A stretch of 63,904 bases of DNA, the filler included, from Octopus bimaculoides (Eukaryota): NCBI RefSeq assembly GCF_001194135.2. It is 7 parts of 7 records of this genome, joined end to end, with 100 filler letters (N's around TTAATTAATTAA, not from the genome) between each part and the next. Parts side by side here need not be neighbours in the genome. Positions count along the whole stretch, not along the records: positions 15,365 to 34,038 come from NC_068981.1; positions 34,139 to 39,289 come from NC_069003.1; positions 39,390 to 52,224 come from NC_068985.1; 4 more parts are not named here. The stretch is one strand, 5' to 3'. A program made the position numbers and the translations under genes. Positions 25,616-39,819 of this stretch are shown piece after piece. Position 1 is the first letter of the stretch; each line of letters begins with the position of its first letter. The notes below the pieces were generated by a model, which ran no database searches, had not been told where the DNA came from, and saw nothing but the letters and a program-made list of their open reading frames with translations.

Positions 25616-27187
25616 TTACTGTTGGTGTTGTTGTTGTTATGATTAGAGTTTTATCAGTCAACCTTCCGCGGGTATGCTAAGGTTGTTTCTTGTTTTTTTT
25701 TTTATTTATTTTGCACGTGCTACGTCTATCGTGGTTTAAAATGTTCAATGTTTTTATTTATCACATATTATATATATAGTAAATTGGGGATTTCGTAGAG
25801 TTGTTACAGTTTCGGATCGAATGACTTTTGGTATCCATTCCGGTACCCTACGCTCTGATTTCAAATCCCGTCGTGGTCAGCTTTGCCTCTCATTTCTTTT
25901 CCAGAACGATAAATAGTCTCACACCAGTACAAGAGTCGGTTTCCTCTTCCTCCGCTTCCTTCTCTTACTCTCTCTGGAAGAAATCGGCTGTGCTCAGACC
26001 TGTAGTGGGATAAGATCCACCATATTTAAAATACTCAAGACTCGAGGATTATATAACAACAGCAGTGCACAAGCATATCAATAAAGATTTGTAGACAATG
26101 ATCGTTAATTTGTTTGATCCTCATTGAATTAACTTGTAAGAGGTTGAGCATTTCACAGACACTTGTATTCCTACCATAATTCTCAAGCGGAATCATTATG
26201 ACACAGTGTGTCAATGCTAGACATTTAAGTTACAAGTGCGATCCTCCCAGCAGGTTTCCACACAGTTCCTATGTGTATATAAATATAAACACTATCAAAT
26301 TTAACTCATAAGGTATTGATATTCCAGAGGCTGCAGTTGAAGGCATCTACTTAGGTGTCGTGCAACGAGATCGAAACCAGAAATACGTGGCTGCGGTTCG
26401 GATTCCTTAAATAAGTACCCAGCTAATCCAGCGTTTATCTAGCCCTTAAATCTCATCACACTATCTTAATAATGGATCGAGGCATTGCAAAGTGTCGCCT
26501 TAGTTACACTATGTCTGTAAACAAAAGACGGAGAAAGTTATGGATGTAATTTCACCATTTATGAATTAAATAATTACGAGAAATTAGCTTTGTACTTAAT
26601 AGTTTCAGGTTCGATCTCCGCATTACATTCAGCAAATTGGCCCATAAAGAAATAAAAAAAATGTTGAAGTTATTTCTAGTTAATTAAATAATTGCCTCAT
26701 CAGCAATTGATTTTACTGATTAATTTTGAAATTTTATGTAAGAATATCATTAAAAAAAGGCTTGATTCTCTGATTACATAAATATCAACACAGCATAATA
26801 ACTAAGAATTTGTTTGATTTTTAATAATTTTGTCTCTAGTGATAGTGAAACCTGAGACTAGAAGATAAGTAATTGAATTTATGTTGATTTACAGACATCT
26901 CAGACATATAAACCTCATATAACAGGAAAAACGTTTTAAGATTATTTTTAACTGTATTTCAGCACTTTACTATGATTACGCAATGAAATTACAGGATCAT
27001 CAGTCGGTTTACGTCTGTTACTCGTAAACTCTTCGTATATTGAAGCAAAACTATTTTTTACGCCAACAGTTTATGGTATAGGTATGAGGGAAGGTTTTGA
27101 TAGAATTAAGAAAACGTTATTGTGTTGAATATGGCACAAACGAACCTACAAGTCCATGGACAATGTGACTCCATAGATTCAACAATC

Positions 27188-27222
<35 letters not shown>

Positions 27223-27227
<5 letters not shown>

Positions 27228-27520
27228 GAGCACTCAGAGAGCGCAAACCTCCGCCAAGGCAATACCAACGTCCTCTCAACAATTAGCCGGAGATGATTTT
27301 TAAAATGAGAATATCTGAAATAAACTCGACTACTCTCTCAAACGAAAATACTAAAAAGGAACCCGACCGCTCTCAAAAATTAAGTAAAAGAAACCGGAAA
27401 AATAATCCAGAATCCTTGTCCCAAAATCTAATCAGTTCGTGCCAATCACAAGGCCAAACATCCCTAAAAGTTTCATCCGAATCCATCCAGCGGACAAAAG
27501 AAACAGACCAACCAAAAGAA
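27223..27520. mobile_element. Helentron-associated (HINE-like) non-autonomous element
   Basis: AACAAGAGCACTCAGAGAGCGCAAACCTCCGCCAAGGC start and aagtttcatccgaatccatcc...aaacagac body resemble this class from memory; inserted at the end of a (TAA)n tract. Confidence 0.5.
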
Positions 27521-27755
27521 AGAATATACAACGAAAATACAAAATACAAACAACGGAAAAAAATGCAAATAACAAGAATATAAAAAAGAACATTAAAATA
27601 AGAACATCAAGAATGTAAGTCACGATAGACTAATCAGGCACAACCAAATCAAACAAAATAAATAAAAAAATCCAAAACAGAATACGACCTTAACATTGAC
27701 TGGCAAAAACCTGATCACAACAGCAGTAGCAACAACAACAACAACAACAACATAA

Positions 27756-27807
<52 letters not shown>

Positions 27808-27951
27808 TTTTTCTACTTTAAGCACAAGGCCTGAAATTTGGTGGTGGTGCTGGGGTGGGGAGAACTTGTCGATTACATCGACCCCCCAGTATTTCACAGG
27901 TACTTAATATCTAGACCCAGAAAAGACGAAAGGTTTTGCCACCTCGTCGCC

Positions 27952-27988
<37 letters not shown>

Positions 27989-27990
<2 letters not shown>

Positions 27991-28603
27991 GCCTGTATGC
28001 AGTACCAGGCAGTGGCTCTCATGGCTTCTGATCTTAATTGATTGAAAGTGTTATGTACATTGTTTTGTCTTGGTATAAAAGATGGGCTACAGCAAATATT
28101 CTGCTCACTACCACAGATTTGCTTGTCAGTTGTTTGACCTTAACCAGTTAAGCATGTCCCTTGGTGGCTGACGATATGTGCATCTCTGATCACGAGCAGA
28201 NNNNNNNNNNNNNNNNNNNNNNNNNNNNNNNNNNNNNNNNNNNNNNNNNNNNNNNNNNNNNNNNNNNNNNNNNNNNNNNNNNNNNNNNNNNNNNNNNNNN
28301 NNNNNNNNNNNNNNNNNNNNNNNNNNNNNNNNNNNNNNNNNNNNNNNNNNNNNNNNNNNNNNNNNNNNNNNNNNNNNNNNNNNNNNNNNNNNNNNNNNNN
28401 NNNNNNNNNNGAAAATTCTAACTGGGCCCCACCTGCGAGGTCATGCGCTGTTTATCTTGATATCAGATCACCATGTCACGCACACATGGTTGTGATGCAT
28501 GTGTCTGGTGTACCCTTATCAGACAGGTAGTCATGATGGGTATAATAGGCTTCGTATATTTTACCCCAATGTCACTTTGATGGCATGCACTGCTCTATCA
28601 CTC
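27989..28603. mobile_element. Unclassified ~600-bp interspersed element within (TAA)n (contains a 210-N gap)
   Basis: Complex, non-coding, CpG-bearing block bounded by (TAA)n on both sides; recalled as a common octopus repeat. Confidence 0.55.
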
Positions 28604-28654
<51 letters not shown>

Positions 28655-28659
<5 letters not shown>

Positions 28660-28877
28660 TCATTTCTACTATAGGCACAACGCCTACAGTAGAAATTTTG
28701 GGGGAGGGGCTAGTTGATTTGATCGACCCTAGTACGCAACTGGTACTTAATTTATCGACCCCGAAATGATGTAAGGCAAAGCCAACCTTGGCAGAATTTG
28801 AACCCAGAACGTGCAAACGGACGAAATACCGCTAAGCATTTTGTCCGGAGTGCTAACGATTCCGCCAGTTCGCTGCC

Positions 28878-28920
<43 letters not shown>

Positions 28921-29120
28921 TAATAATAATAATAATAATAATAATCCTTTCTAGTATAGGCACAAAGCCTGAAATTTGGGGGAAGGAGATTAGTCGATTA
29001 CATCGACCCCAGTGTTTCACTGGTTCTTAATTTATCGACCCCGATGGGATGAAAAGCAAAGTCGACCTCAGCGGAATTTGAACTAAGCATTTCGTCTGGA
29101 GTGCTAACGATTTTGCCATT
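28655..29120 (-). mobile_element. Two SINE family B copies separated by (TAA)n (partial copy also at 27805-27955)
   Basis: Core and tail homology. Confidence 0.88.
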
Positions 29121-29844
29121 CCAGTATCACCAGTCATAATAACGATGATGATGATGGTTTCCATAGAGGTGTGGGTAGTTTGATAATGTCTTAGGTGCCG
29201 TTTAAAAAAGAAAAATTTAGCTCCGCAATAAACATGTTAAAATTAACTGATTGCTCTTATAACCAGATATATTGCTTCTCGCACTACTAAATTATATCCT
29301 CGTTTTGGCATTCACTTTCTTTTACTTAACAGTAACAATATGAATATCTTTTTCATTTCAGGAATTTCTTCTTACTTTTTAACCAGATACTTACATATCT
29401 GGCACACGCACGTATCCCAACAGTACTGCATCTCAATATATGTTTAGACTCCAGGGAGCCTAGATTCCCACCATAATGACATGGCTATGAACGGAATTCT
29501 TCTGGAACGGAATTTCCTTCTCACCTGCATTCAATCCCACCTCAAACCTATGATCTTACGCTATTTCCAAATTCGGATCAATAAGTTTAGTGTTGATACA
29601 ACGGCAATCATGATCGGGGTCACTGGTTAACTGGTGGCATAATAATATTCAGGACGAAACACCACGTTTTTTCCTACCCATGGTTACATACGTATTGCCA
29701 TGCGTGCGGGCATGTTTTTCTGTGTGTGTGTTTGTGCTTTTTCTCCCATATACAGACATAGCTTAAACACACACACAAATCATTACCAACAGATACATAC
29801 ATACACACGCATACACACACACACGCACAAACACACACACACAT

Positions 29845-30029
29845 GTGTGGTAAGTAGCTCGCTTACCAACCACATGGTTCCGGGTTCAGTCCCACTGCGT
29901 GGTACCTTGGACAAGTGTCTTCTACTATAGCCTCGGGCCGACTAAAGCCTTGTGAGTAGATTTGGTAGACGGAAACTGAAAGAAGCCCGTCCTATGTATG
30001 TATATGTATATATATATGTGTGTTTGTGT
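29845..30029 (+). mobile_element. SINE family A, 5' half, cut by a gap
   Basis: tgtgtggtaagtagctcgcttaccaaccacatggttccgggttcagtcccactgcgtgg. Confidence 0.9.
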
Positions 30030-30388
30030 NNNNNNNNNNNNNNNNNNNNNNNNNNNNNNNNNNNNNNNNNNNNNNNNNNNNNNNNNNNNNNNNNNNNNNN
30101 NNNNNNNNNNNNNNNNNNNNNNNNNNNNNNNNNNNNNNNNNNNNNNNNNNNNNNNNNNNNNNNNNNNNNNNNNNNNNNNNNNNNNNNNNNNNNNNNNNNN
30201 NNNNNNNNNNNNNNNNNNNNNNNNNNNNNNNNNNNNNNNNNNNNNNNNNNNNNNNNNNNNNNNNNNNNNNNNNNNNNNNNNNNNNNNNNNNNNNNNNNNN
30301 NNNNNNNNNNNNNNNNNNNNNNNNNNNNNNNNNNNNNNNNNNNNNNNNNNNNNNNNNNNNNNNNNNNNNNNNNNNNNNNNNNNNNNNN

Positions 30389-30738
30389 TCGCGATCATAG
30401 GATCGCGGTTTCGATTCACAGACCGGGCGTTGTGAGTGTTTATTGAGCGAAAACACCTAAAGCTCCACGATGCTCCGGTTGGGGATGGTGGCGAACCCTG
30501 CTGTACTCTTCCACCACAACTTTCTCTCACTCTTACTTCCTGTTTCTGTTATACCTGTAATTCAAAGGGTCAGCCTTGTTACACACTGTGTCACGCTGAA
30601 TATCTCCGAGAACTACGTTAAGGGTACACGTGTCTGTGGAGTGCTCAGCCACTTGCACGTTAATTTCACGAGCAGGCTGTTCCGTTGATCGGATCAACTG
30701 GAACCCTCGACGTCGTAAGCGACGGAGTCCCAACAACA
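30389..30738 (+). mobile_element. SINE family C
   Basis: Reverse complement of 23861-24228, ending aacaacaac. Confidence 0.92.
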
Positions 30739-30869
30739 ACCATATCTAACTTCATACAATGAGAGTTTTGGTTCTTAAATATAAACAACCACCATCTTTA
30801 TGGTAAGAAGTCAAAATAAATAAAAAAATACACAATGCATTCGAATATCTATCTATCTATCTATCTATC

Positions 30870-30986
30870 TATATGTACAGATGTACTGCAATCGAGTAAA
30901 TCTTACTTTTCAAGCACCTTCTGGAGTATTCGAGCAGTTCCAAGCAGTGCTGTTTTCTGCAAGTGCTCCACCCTTAATGCAGCCCC
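30870..30986 (-). mobile_element. R4/Dong-like RLE C-terminal fragment
   Basis: GAALRVEHLQKTALLGTARILQKVLEK*, the typical QK.ALLGTA.ILRKVL end; cut by the N gap, with (TTA)n on the far side of the gap. Confidence 0.7.
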
Positions 30987-31613
30987 NNNNNNNNNNNNNN
31001 NNNNNNNNNNNNNNNNNNNNNNNNNNNNNNNNNNNNNNNNNNNNNNNNNNNNNNNNNNNNNNNNNNNNNNNNNNNNNNNNNNNNNNNNNNNNNNNNNNNN
31101 NNNNNNNNNNNNNNNNNNNNNNNNNNNNNNNNNNNNNNNNNNNNNNNNNNNNNNNNNNNNNNNNNNNNNNNNNNNNNNNNNNNNNNNNNNNNNNNNNNNN
31201 NNNNNNNNNNNNNNNNNNNNNNNNNNNNNNNNNNNNNNNNNNNNNNNNNNNNNNNNNNNNNNNNNNNNNNNNNNNNNNNNNNNNNNNNNNNNNNNNNNNN
31301 NNNNNNNNNNNNNNNNNNNNNNNNNNNNNNNNNNNNNNNNNNNNNNNNNNNNNNNNNNNNNNNNNNNNNNNNNNNNNNNNNNNNNNNNNNNNNNNNNNNN
31401 NNNNNNNNNNNNNNNNNNNNNNNNNNNNNNNNNNNNNNNNNNNNNNNNNNNNNNNNNNNNNNNNNNNNNNNNNNNNNNNNNNNNNNNNNNNNNNNNNNNN
31501 NNNNNNNNNNNNNNNNNNNNNNNNNNNNNNNNNNNNNNNNNNNNNNNNNNNNNNNNNNNNNNNNNNNNNNNNNNNNNNNNNNNNNNNNNNNNNNNNNNNN
31601 NNNNNNNNNNNNN

Positions 31614-32305
<692 letters not shown>

Positions 32306-32769
32306 ATTTTTTTATTATTGTCATTAGACTTTTTTCTTCAAAATGTGGTAGTTACTGATATAAGAGTTCTTGCCGAATATTGCTGATGTTTTTATTATTG
32401 ATCCTCTTTTCTCGATGAACATTATTGTTTTCAACGTTGTTGTAAGTGTTGCAGAGTTATTTCTCTCTCTCCACCTCTCTCCTTCTCTCTAACCTCCGCC
32501 ACTCAGCCACTCAGCCTCTCACTCTTTTTTTCTATCAGAACTAGAAGAAGAAGAAGAATTCTCTTATTGTTTCTGTTGTGTAGCTAAATATGCTTTGCTG
32601 TTAATATTTTCGCTTATGAAAACAATTACTTTCGTGTCGATGCTTTAAGAATGGTTGCTTTGCTGTTGTTGTTGACGTTGTTGTAATATTTGTTATTAGT
32701 TTTAATTGTTGGGGTTGATAATGTTGCTGTTAATTTTTGCTATCTCTTTTCGTTAGTTACTTCAGCTGC

Positions 32770-32814
<45 letters not shown>

Positions 32815-33717
32815 AGAGTTAGGGTTGTTCTTTAGTTTCAGGTCAAACATGATCCAGAAGGCCCTTCATCAAAAGCGTTCCAACCGTGACCATCATGTCG
32901 TTTGGTGGCAGGGGAAGGTAGGCGACTTACAGTATGCGGTGTATACTTAGCTTTGTTTCAGACGAGTGTGATTTGGCTGTTATTTCTACAGAGTCGAGTG
33001 TCCGTGGAGACGCTCCATTGTTGGTTAGCAACAACAACAACAACAACAACTACAAAACCAGCAGCAAAAGCTGCAAAAGTAATAGCAGCAGTAGTTTTAG
33101 AGTTAGTTGTTGTTACTGTTCCTCTTGGACTGATGGTGATTATATATATATATATATATTTCTGTTATTCTTTTATAGATTAAAAAAAAAAATTTCGGTG
33201 GTTTTGTATTGCCGTTCTTATTCTTGTTGAATTGTTACATTCAATATTGTTGTGGCTGTTATTGTTGTTGTTGTTGTTGTTGTTGCTATCGCTGCTGCTG
33301 CTGCACTTACTGTTTCTGTTGTGTCAATGAAGATTGGAAATAGAACAAAGAGATTTAGCCGTTTTTATGATATACGAAGCAGCAAAACTGAAATTGAATC
33401 TCATCGAACCAACAACTATTTTCAAAGCAGTCCGGATGTCCGTATCCATTACCAAATGGTCCAAGTATGCTATTTTATATGTTGTTAATGTGGTTTTGCC
33501 GCTAGTTACCTTGTATAGATAAGAACTGTGATCAAAGATGTTCCAGTCTTCATCAACGCGTCTTTTTTGATGTCCGGAACTACACTGTACAATGTATCCT
33601 TCCTATTTTCAAAACAGCAAGCTGTGGTCTTAAGGGTTTTTCAGCTGTATCTCCAATAAACCACAAGAACACCGATTTGCACATGGTATTTGACATTAAA
33701 TTTGAGTTCATAACCAG

Positions 33718-34038
33718 AACGTAGGCGTAGGAGTGGCTGTGTGGTAAGTAGTTTGCTTACGAACCACATGGTTCCGGGTTCAGTCCCACTGCGTGGCACC
33801 TTGGGCAAGTGTCTTCTGCTATAGCCTCGAGCTGACCAAAGCCTTGTGAGTGGATTTGGTAAACGGAAACTGAAAGAAGCCCGTCGTATATATGTATATA
33901 TATATATATATGTATATATGTGTGCGTGTGTATATGTTGTGTATCTGTGTTTGTCCCTCCAACATCGCTTGACAACCGATGCTGGCATGTTTAGGTCCCC
34001 GTAACTTAGCGGTTCGGCAAAAAGAGACCGATAGAATA
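33718..34038 (+). mobile_element. SINE family A, cut by a linker gap
   Basis: ggcgtaggagtggctgtgtggtaag head through gagaccgatagaata. Confidence 0.92.
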
Positions 34039-34138
34039 NNNNNNNNNNNNNNNNNNNNNNNNNNNNNNNNNNNNNNNNNNNNTTAATTAATTAANNNNNN
34101 NNNNNNNNNNNNNNNNNNNNNNNNNNNNNNNNNNNNNN

Positions 34139-34235
<97 letters not shown>

Positions 34236-34492
34236 CATGTATATATGTACATATATGTAAATTTCAACTATGTATGCATATACGTACACGTATGCACACA
34301 TATATACATACACATAAACATACATAAATACATAAAGACACACACACACGTACGTGCTTATACATGTACATGCATACATACATATATATATATATACACA
34401 TATTTGTATATATATATATATATATATATATATGCATGTATATATATGTATGTATATATATATGTATATATATACATATACATACATATACC

Positions 34493-34528
<36 letters not shown>

Positions 34529-34836
34529 TGTATGTATGCGTGTTTGTGTGTATACATGTATATACATATACGTTTATATATATATATATANNNNNNNNNN
34601 NNNNNNNNNNNNNNNNNNNNNNNNNNNNNNNNNNNNNNNNNNNNNNNNNNNNNNNNTTATAGAACATTGAATGTCTTTCTAATTTCCGAAATGTGTGCTT
34701 GTCTATTTGTTTGTTTATTTATTTAGTTATTTTTCAATATTTTTTTTTCTTCTTCTTCTTCTTCTTCTTCTTCTTCTTCTTCTTCTTCTTCTGTATATTG
34801 AAGTTGTATTTGTTGTGTCATTCTGAACGTTGGAGC

Positions 34837-34906
<70 letters not shown>

Positions 34907-34907
34907 G

Positions 34908-34960
<53 letters not shown>

Positions 34961-35001
34961 TATTATTATTATTATTATTATCATTGTTGTTGTTGTTGTT
35001 G

Positions 35002-35046
<45 letters not shown>

Positions 35047-35208
35047 GCGTTTATGTGAATGTTATGGTTGTTGTTGTAGTTTTTAAGTTAATTCTTAAAG
35101 TCGGCAATTTTTGTGTTTTATAACTTGTCTCGTTGATGCCGCTGCTCCTGTTGTCGACGGTAATGTTGTTATTCTTGTTATTATTGTTGCTGCTACTGTT
35201 GATGTGGC

Positions 35209-35240
<32 letters not shown>
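34139..35240. repeat. Compound (TA)n/(TG)n/(TATG)n, (TTC)n, (TTA)n and (TTG)n microsatellite field
   Basis: Direct inspection. Confidence 0.97.
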
Positions 35241-35242
<2 letters not shown>

Positions 35243-35761
35243 ACTTTTTCGACTCTCGTAAAAATAATTCATTCTGAAAGTTGTAAATTGCAAAAGCTGT
35301 TTGTTCTGGTCTAGAATTTCTAATTCCTACTGTCGTATTTACCAAAGTTAAGGAATTCTTGTAGAACTTTTACTGCGTTTCTGTATGAAAAATGGCTCAG
35401 TTGATCGGAACAGAAATTCTTGGCAAACACCAAATATGATAAAGCAACTGACAACACAAGATTGGTTACTGTTGTTGTTGCTGTTGTTGTTGTTGTTGTT
35501 GTCGTTGGGGCTGTTTTGACCCTAATCAGAATCGATCCAGTAGTCTTATGATGAAAAGCGGACTAAGTGTGGCCACCCAACATTTCTATGAACACAATGA
35601 GATTGGTTTGGCAAGAGAGAAATCTCATAGTTATATTTGGGAATTCGAGCGACCGCTTAGAGACTACAGTCACCCGTTGATTGGCAATCATCTTGTTTAT
35701 ATCAATGTTATTTGTTGTTGCTATCATTATTATTATTATTATTTAAAAAATTATTATTATT

Positions 35762-36215
35762 AGTATGTAGTTTTTTTTTCTTCTTTCTTTAAGTTTTCTT
35801 CTATTTCTGGCCGAGTGTTTTCCGTACACCTAGGGCAGAGAAGCTCATTGTATGCATTCCCAGTTTACACACGCAAATTCACATGTAAAATATGTGTTTA
35901 AAAAATAATTAATTAATAAATAAATTCATGAATGGACATTGTTTTCACAGCGATAATGCTCTTCTCAGTACATGAAGCGTTCCAGTTAACACGATTTTTT
36001 GCACTTCCTGTAGGGATGGTAAGCTTGGTATCATTTTCAAATAGGTTTCAGTACCTTTTTTTTTTATCATTCCTAGAGATCCTACAATCACTGGTACGGT
36101 AGTCGCCTTGAGGTGCCACATTTTTGCAATTTCTATTAGCAAGTCTTTATATTTACTGATTTTGTCAAATTCTTTCGCCGCTATATTATGATCGCAAGGA
36201 ATACTCATGTCAATT
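35762..36215 (-). mobile_element. 5'-truncated R4/Dong-like element (RLE C-terminus plus 3' UTR)
   Basis: ORF 35945..36208: SIPCDHNIAAKEFDKISKYKDLLIEIAKMWHLKATTVPVIVGSLGMIKK...VQKIVLTGTLHVLRRALSL*; (TAA)n on both sides. Confidence 0.87.
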
Positions 36216-36221
36216 AATAAA

Positions 36222-36279
<58 letters not shown>

Positions 36280-36293
36280 TGGTTGTGTTGCAG

Positions 36294-36548
36294 TCGACCT
36301 TGAGCGACTGCAACACAGCCAAAGCATTCTATAGGGGATTAATGGAGAGGAGGTACGACGACGATCTCGGGGCGAACCTGGGCGTCGACGAGGAATACCT
36401 GACCGGTCTGTTCAAGACGACTTTCGGGCCGGGACCTATGGACAACTTCCAGAGATCCCTGGCCAGGCAGTGCTATCGAGAAGCGCTACCCATATGTGTA
36501 TCCATAAGAGAAAGCATTCTTCTCTCAAGTCTTGCTGCGTTTGAATAA
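36294..36548 (+). CDS. Putative exon of an unidentified gene: STLSDCNTAKAFYRGLMERRYDDDLGANLGVDEEYLTGLFKTTFGPGPMDNFQRSLARQ...
   Basis: ttgtgttgcag acceptor; strongly C/G-ending codons in one frame (GAC GAC GAT CTC GGG GCG AAC CTG GGC GTC...) in otherwise AT-rich DNA. No convincing donor, so the 3' boundary is uncertain. Confidence 0.45.
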   Translation, partial: STLSDCNTAKAFYRGLMERRYDDDLGANLGVDEEYLTGLFKTTFGPGPMDNFQRSLARQCYREALPICVSIRESILLSSLAAFE

Positions 36549-37592
36549 ACTTTCATTCTTTTGCTTGTTTCAAGCATTAGATCGCGGTCATTCTAGAGCA
36601 TCGTCTTGAACAATTGTAGACTCTCCTGTCTCAAAACACCACTGTCTCTATCTCTTTACACTTCCGGTCACTTCAGCAGTATAAGCACATACGTGCTGTT
36701 GGCGATTTTTTTCTCCTTCTTTGGACTTTTCCCTTTCTCCTTTCCGACGAAGACGTATCACAGAAACTACATACTCAAAGCAAATGCGACTAAAGAGGCT
36801 TAATGTTGAGCAACATAAAATTTATTCCTCCAAATTTGAATGAGAAATTCAAAGGTAGCTATTTCTAGCTGGTAGGTTGGCTGATCACGTAACTCGTCCA
36901 CTACCGTTGCAACCACTAGATCCCAGCCACAACATCGCTACCATAACCACACTCATCACCACCACCACCACCACCACCACCACCACCATCATCACTACCA
37001 TTACCACCATCACTATCACGACTATCATTACCGCAGCCATCAGCACCACCATTGCCACCATCAATACCAACATCACCNNNNNNNNNNNNNNNNNNNNNNN
37101 NNNNNNNNNNNNNNNNNNNNNNNNNNNNNNNNNNNNNNNNNNNNNNNNNNNNNNNNNNNNNNNNNNNNNNNNNNNNNNNNNNNNNNNNNNNNNNNNNNNN
37201 NNNNNNNNNNNNNNNNNTCCATCGGCTCTTAATGGCACCATTTACGTTGGTAATGTCTATGACGGTTGAAGCAGAGTACAATAGAAATGTTTATACCAAA
37301 CAAGGTGTCACCAGTCTGTTAGCTCCATTACATCTGCAATACTTTAGATATTTCTATTACCATTCATCCCTCATTAGCAGAAATCCTTTCATATATGTCA
37401 TTTGTCTCCTCTCCAATTCACTGCTGATGTCATTCGGTGTTGTTGTTGTTTTTCTTTTTTTTTTTGTATATCACATTTGACACTTCCATAATCTGAGGAG
37501 CCTCCAACGCCAACGCCAACGCCAGTAACACCGCCACCAACAACTATATCTTTGCATTCACCGCTGCCACCACCACCACTGCCATCACCAAA

Positions 37593-37626
<34 letters not shown>

Positions 37627-38625
37627 TCACTACCGCCGACACTCCTCTCCACTACTATACTATCATTAGCATTGTCTATTTCGCTGCCACCAACCACCAC
37701 ACGTTTGTTTACCATTTCCGTCTGTCTCTTACATCTTTCTCACTTTCTTTCACTCTGTCTCTCTCACACACACATACACACACATACACACACACACACG
37801 TGTGTATGTGTTCGTGCATGTGGGCGTGCGTTTATCTCCTCACTGCTTCACACCCAGCGTTGGATTATTTGCATCCCCCGTAAACTAACGGTCCGACAAA
37901 AAGAGATTATCAGAATAAGTATCAGAATAAGAACCGAGGAATATAATTCGTTCAATTAAATCCTTTATAATGGTGCCCCAGTATGGCCGGAATAAAATAA
38001 CTGAAACAAGTAAAAGAACACACAGAAATAAGAAAATGCGTTGAGAACTTAATCATGAATCAACAAAGAATTTTCATTTTATCAAAATGTGCCACCGGTT
38101 TCAATCCCTTAAAAAATACACATGATTGCCCAGCCTAGTATTTGCTCTGCATTACTTTTCTGTCGATATATATAAAATCGTATATTATATTATGTTAATA
38201 ACCTTTATAAAAACACAATTATAATTGTACAATGATGGGAAATGATTTTTTTTTTATTTCTGTTCATTATGTGAGCTACAATAACACGAAGAACGGTCCC
38301 AGTAAAGAAAGTAATTATTGGAAATATAATACAGATTTTATGTCGTAATTTTAAGTGCAAGTAAGCGAGAAAAGTTAAAGAATGAAAAGCTATCTCTCAA
38401 TGTTAAGCAGCGCTATACCCCACAGTGAATTAAAATGAGTTTGTTTATAGTTAAAATATCTTCAATAATAGAAAATACTAAAAACCACATTTTGATAAAA
38501 ATATATTAAAATTAAAATTTAAAAAAATATTTTTAACACTATACTTTAAAAATTTCTTTTTTTTTATGTTGAAGTTACATACTTCAAATTAATTAATAAG
38601 CAGCTTTCTTTATTATATTACAGAT

Positions 38626-38628
38626 GCA

Positions 38629-38697
<69 letters not shown>

Positions 38698-38702
38698 CAT
38701 CC

Positions 38703-38768
<66 letters not shown>

Positions 38769-38769
38769 A

Positions 38770-38802
<33 letters not shown>

Positions 38803-38830
38803 TTATTCATTCATTCATACATACATACAC
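38626..38830. repeat. (ATCT)n/(ATAC)n tetranucleotide repeat (similar at 59200-59470)
   Basis: Direct inspection. Confidence 0.97.
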
Positions 38831-39389
38831 ATATATGCAAGTATGTATTTAGATATTCAAAATTGAACAAAGAAACGATTAACGGAAAAATACAAAGACA
38901 ACAAAACAGAATCCTCTCATTAGCAATGAAGACCAGATTCGACGCAGTTTCGGCACGTTTAAAGTCCAAAGACGTTAAATTCAAAAGTACTACTACGCTT
39001 GTTGCACCAATAATATATGTAGCAACATAAAGGTTATGGGCAAACAATGACTAAAAGTGAAGGGCAACAAAGTACAAACGAGATTGTAGACAGGAAAAAT
39101 TATCCCGTGTGTGTGAATATACATGTGCTTAACTATTCATATATACAACTTTTATTACTGCTGTACATACACATACACACACACGTATACACATACACAC
39201 AAACGCACACACACGCAAACACACACACACACATAAGAGTATATACATAAATGCTTATATGCATAGGTATTATATATATATATATATATNNNNNNNNNNN
39301 NNNNNNNNNNNNNNNNNNNNNNNNNNNNNNNNNTTAATTAATTAANNNNNNNNNNNNNNNNNNNNNNNNNNNNNNNNNNNNNNNNNNNN

Positions 39390-39435
<46 letters not shown>

Positions 39436-39819
39436 AGAGAGAGAGAGGGGGGACCAGTCAAGCAGCACATCACGCTGTAATTCTTAATAGAATTGAATTT
39501 GATGAGATGCATTTTGGCTTTGTTCTATTAAGTACTACTGATACTATCTTCCTAGTGAGATGGCTGTAGGATAAGTATTTACCCAAAAGTAAACCATTCT
39601 ACTTGACATCTGGTGGTCAATGTGGAAATGAAGGGTAGATAAGTGGTTGGCAACGGCCATCCAAGTCATGTACCGGTACACTATCATATCAGTAAGGTGG
39701 AAATTGGCAATGAATATAGCTACAAATTTAGTTTGCAGATAGTTCAGTTCTCAGCCCCCTTTTGTTTATCATAGTTCTTCAGACCACAACAGAAATTTCA
39801 GACTTATTGCCTTTGGGAG

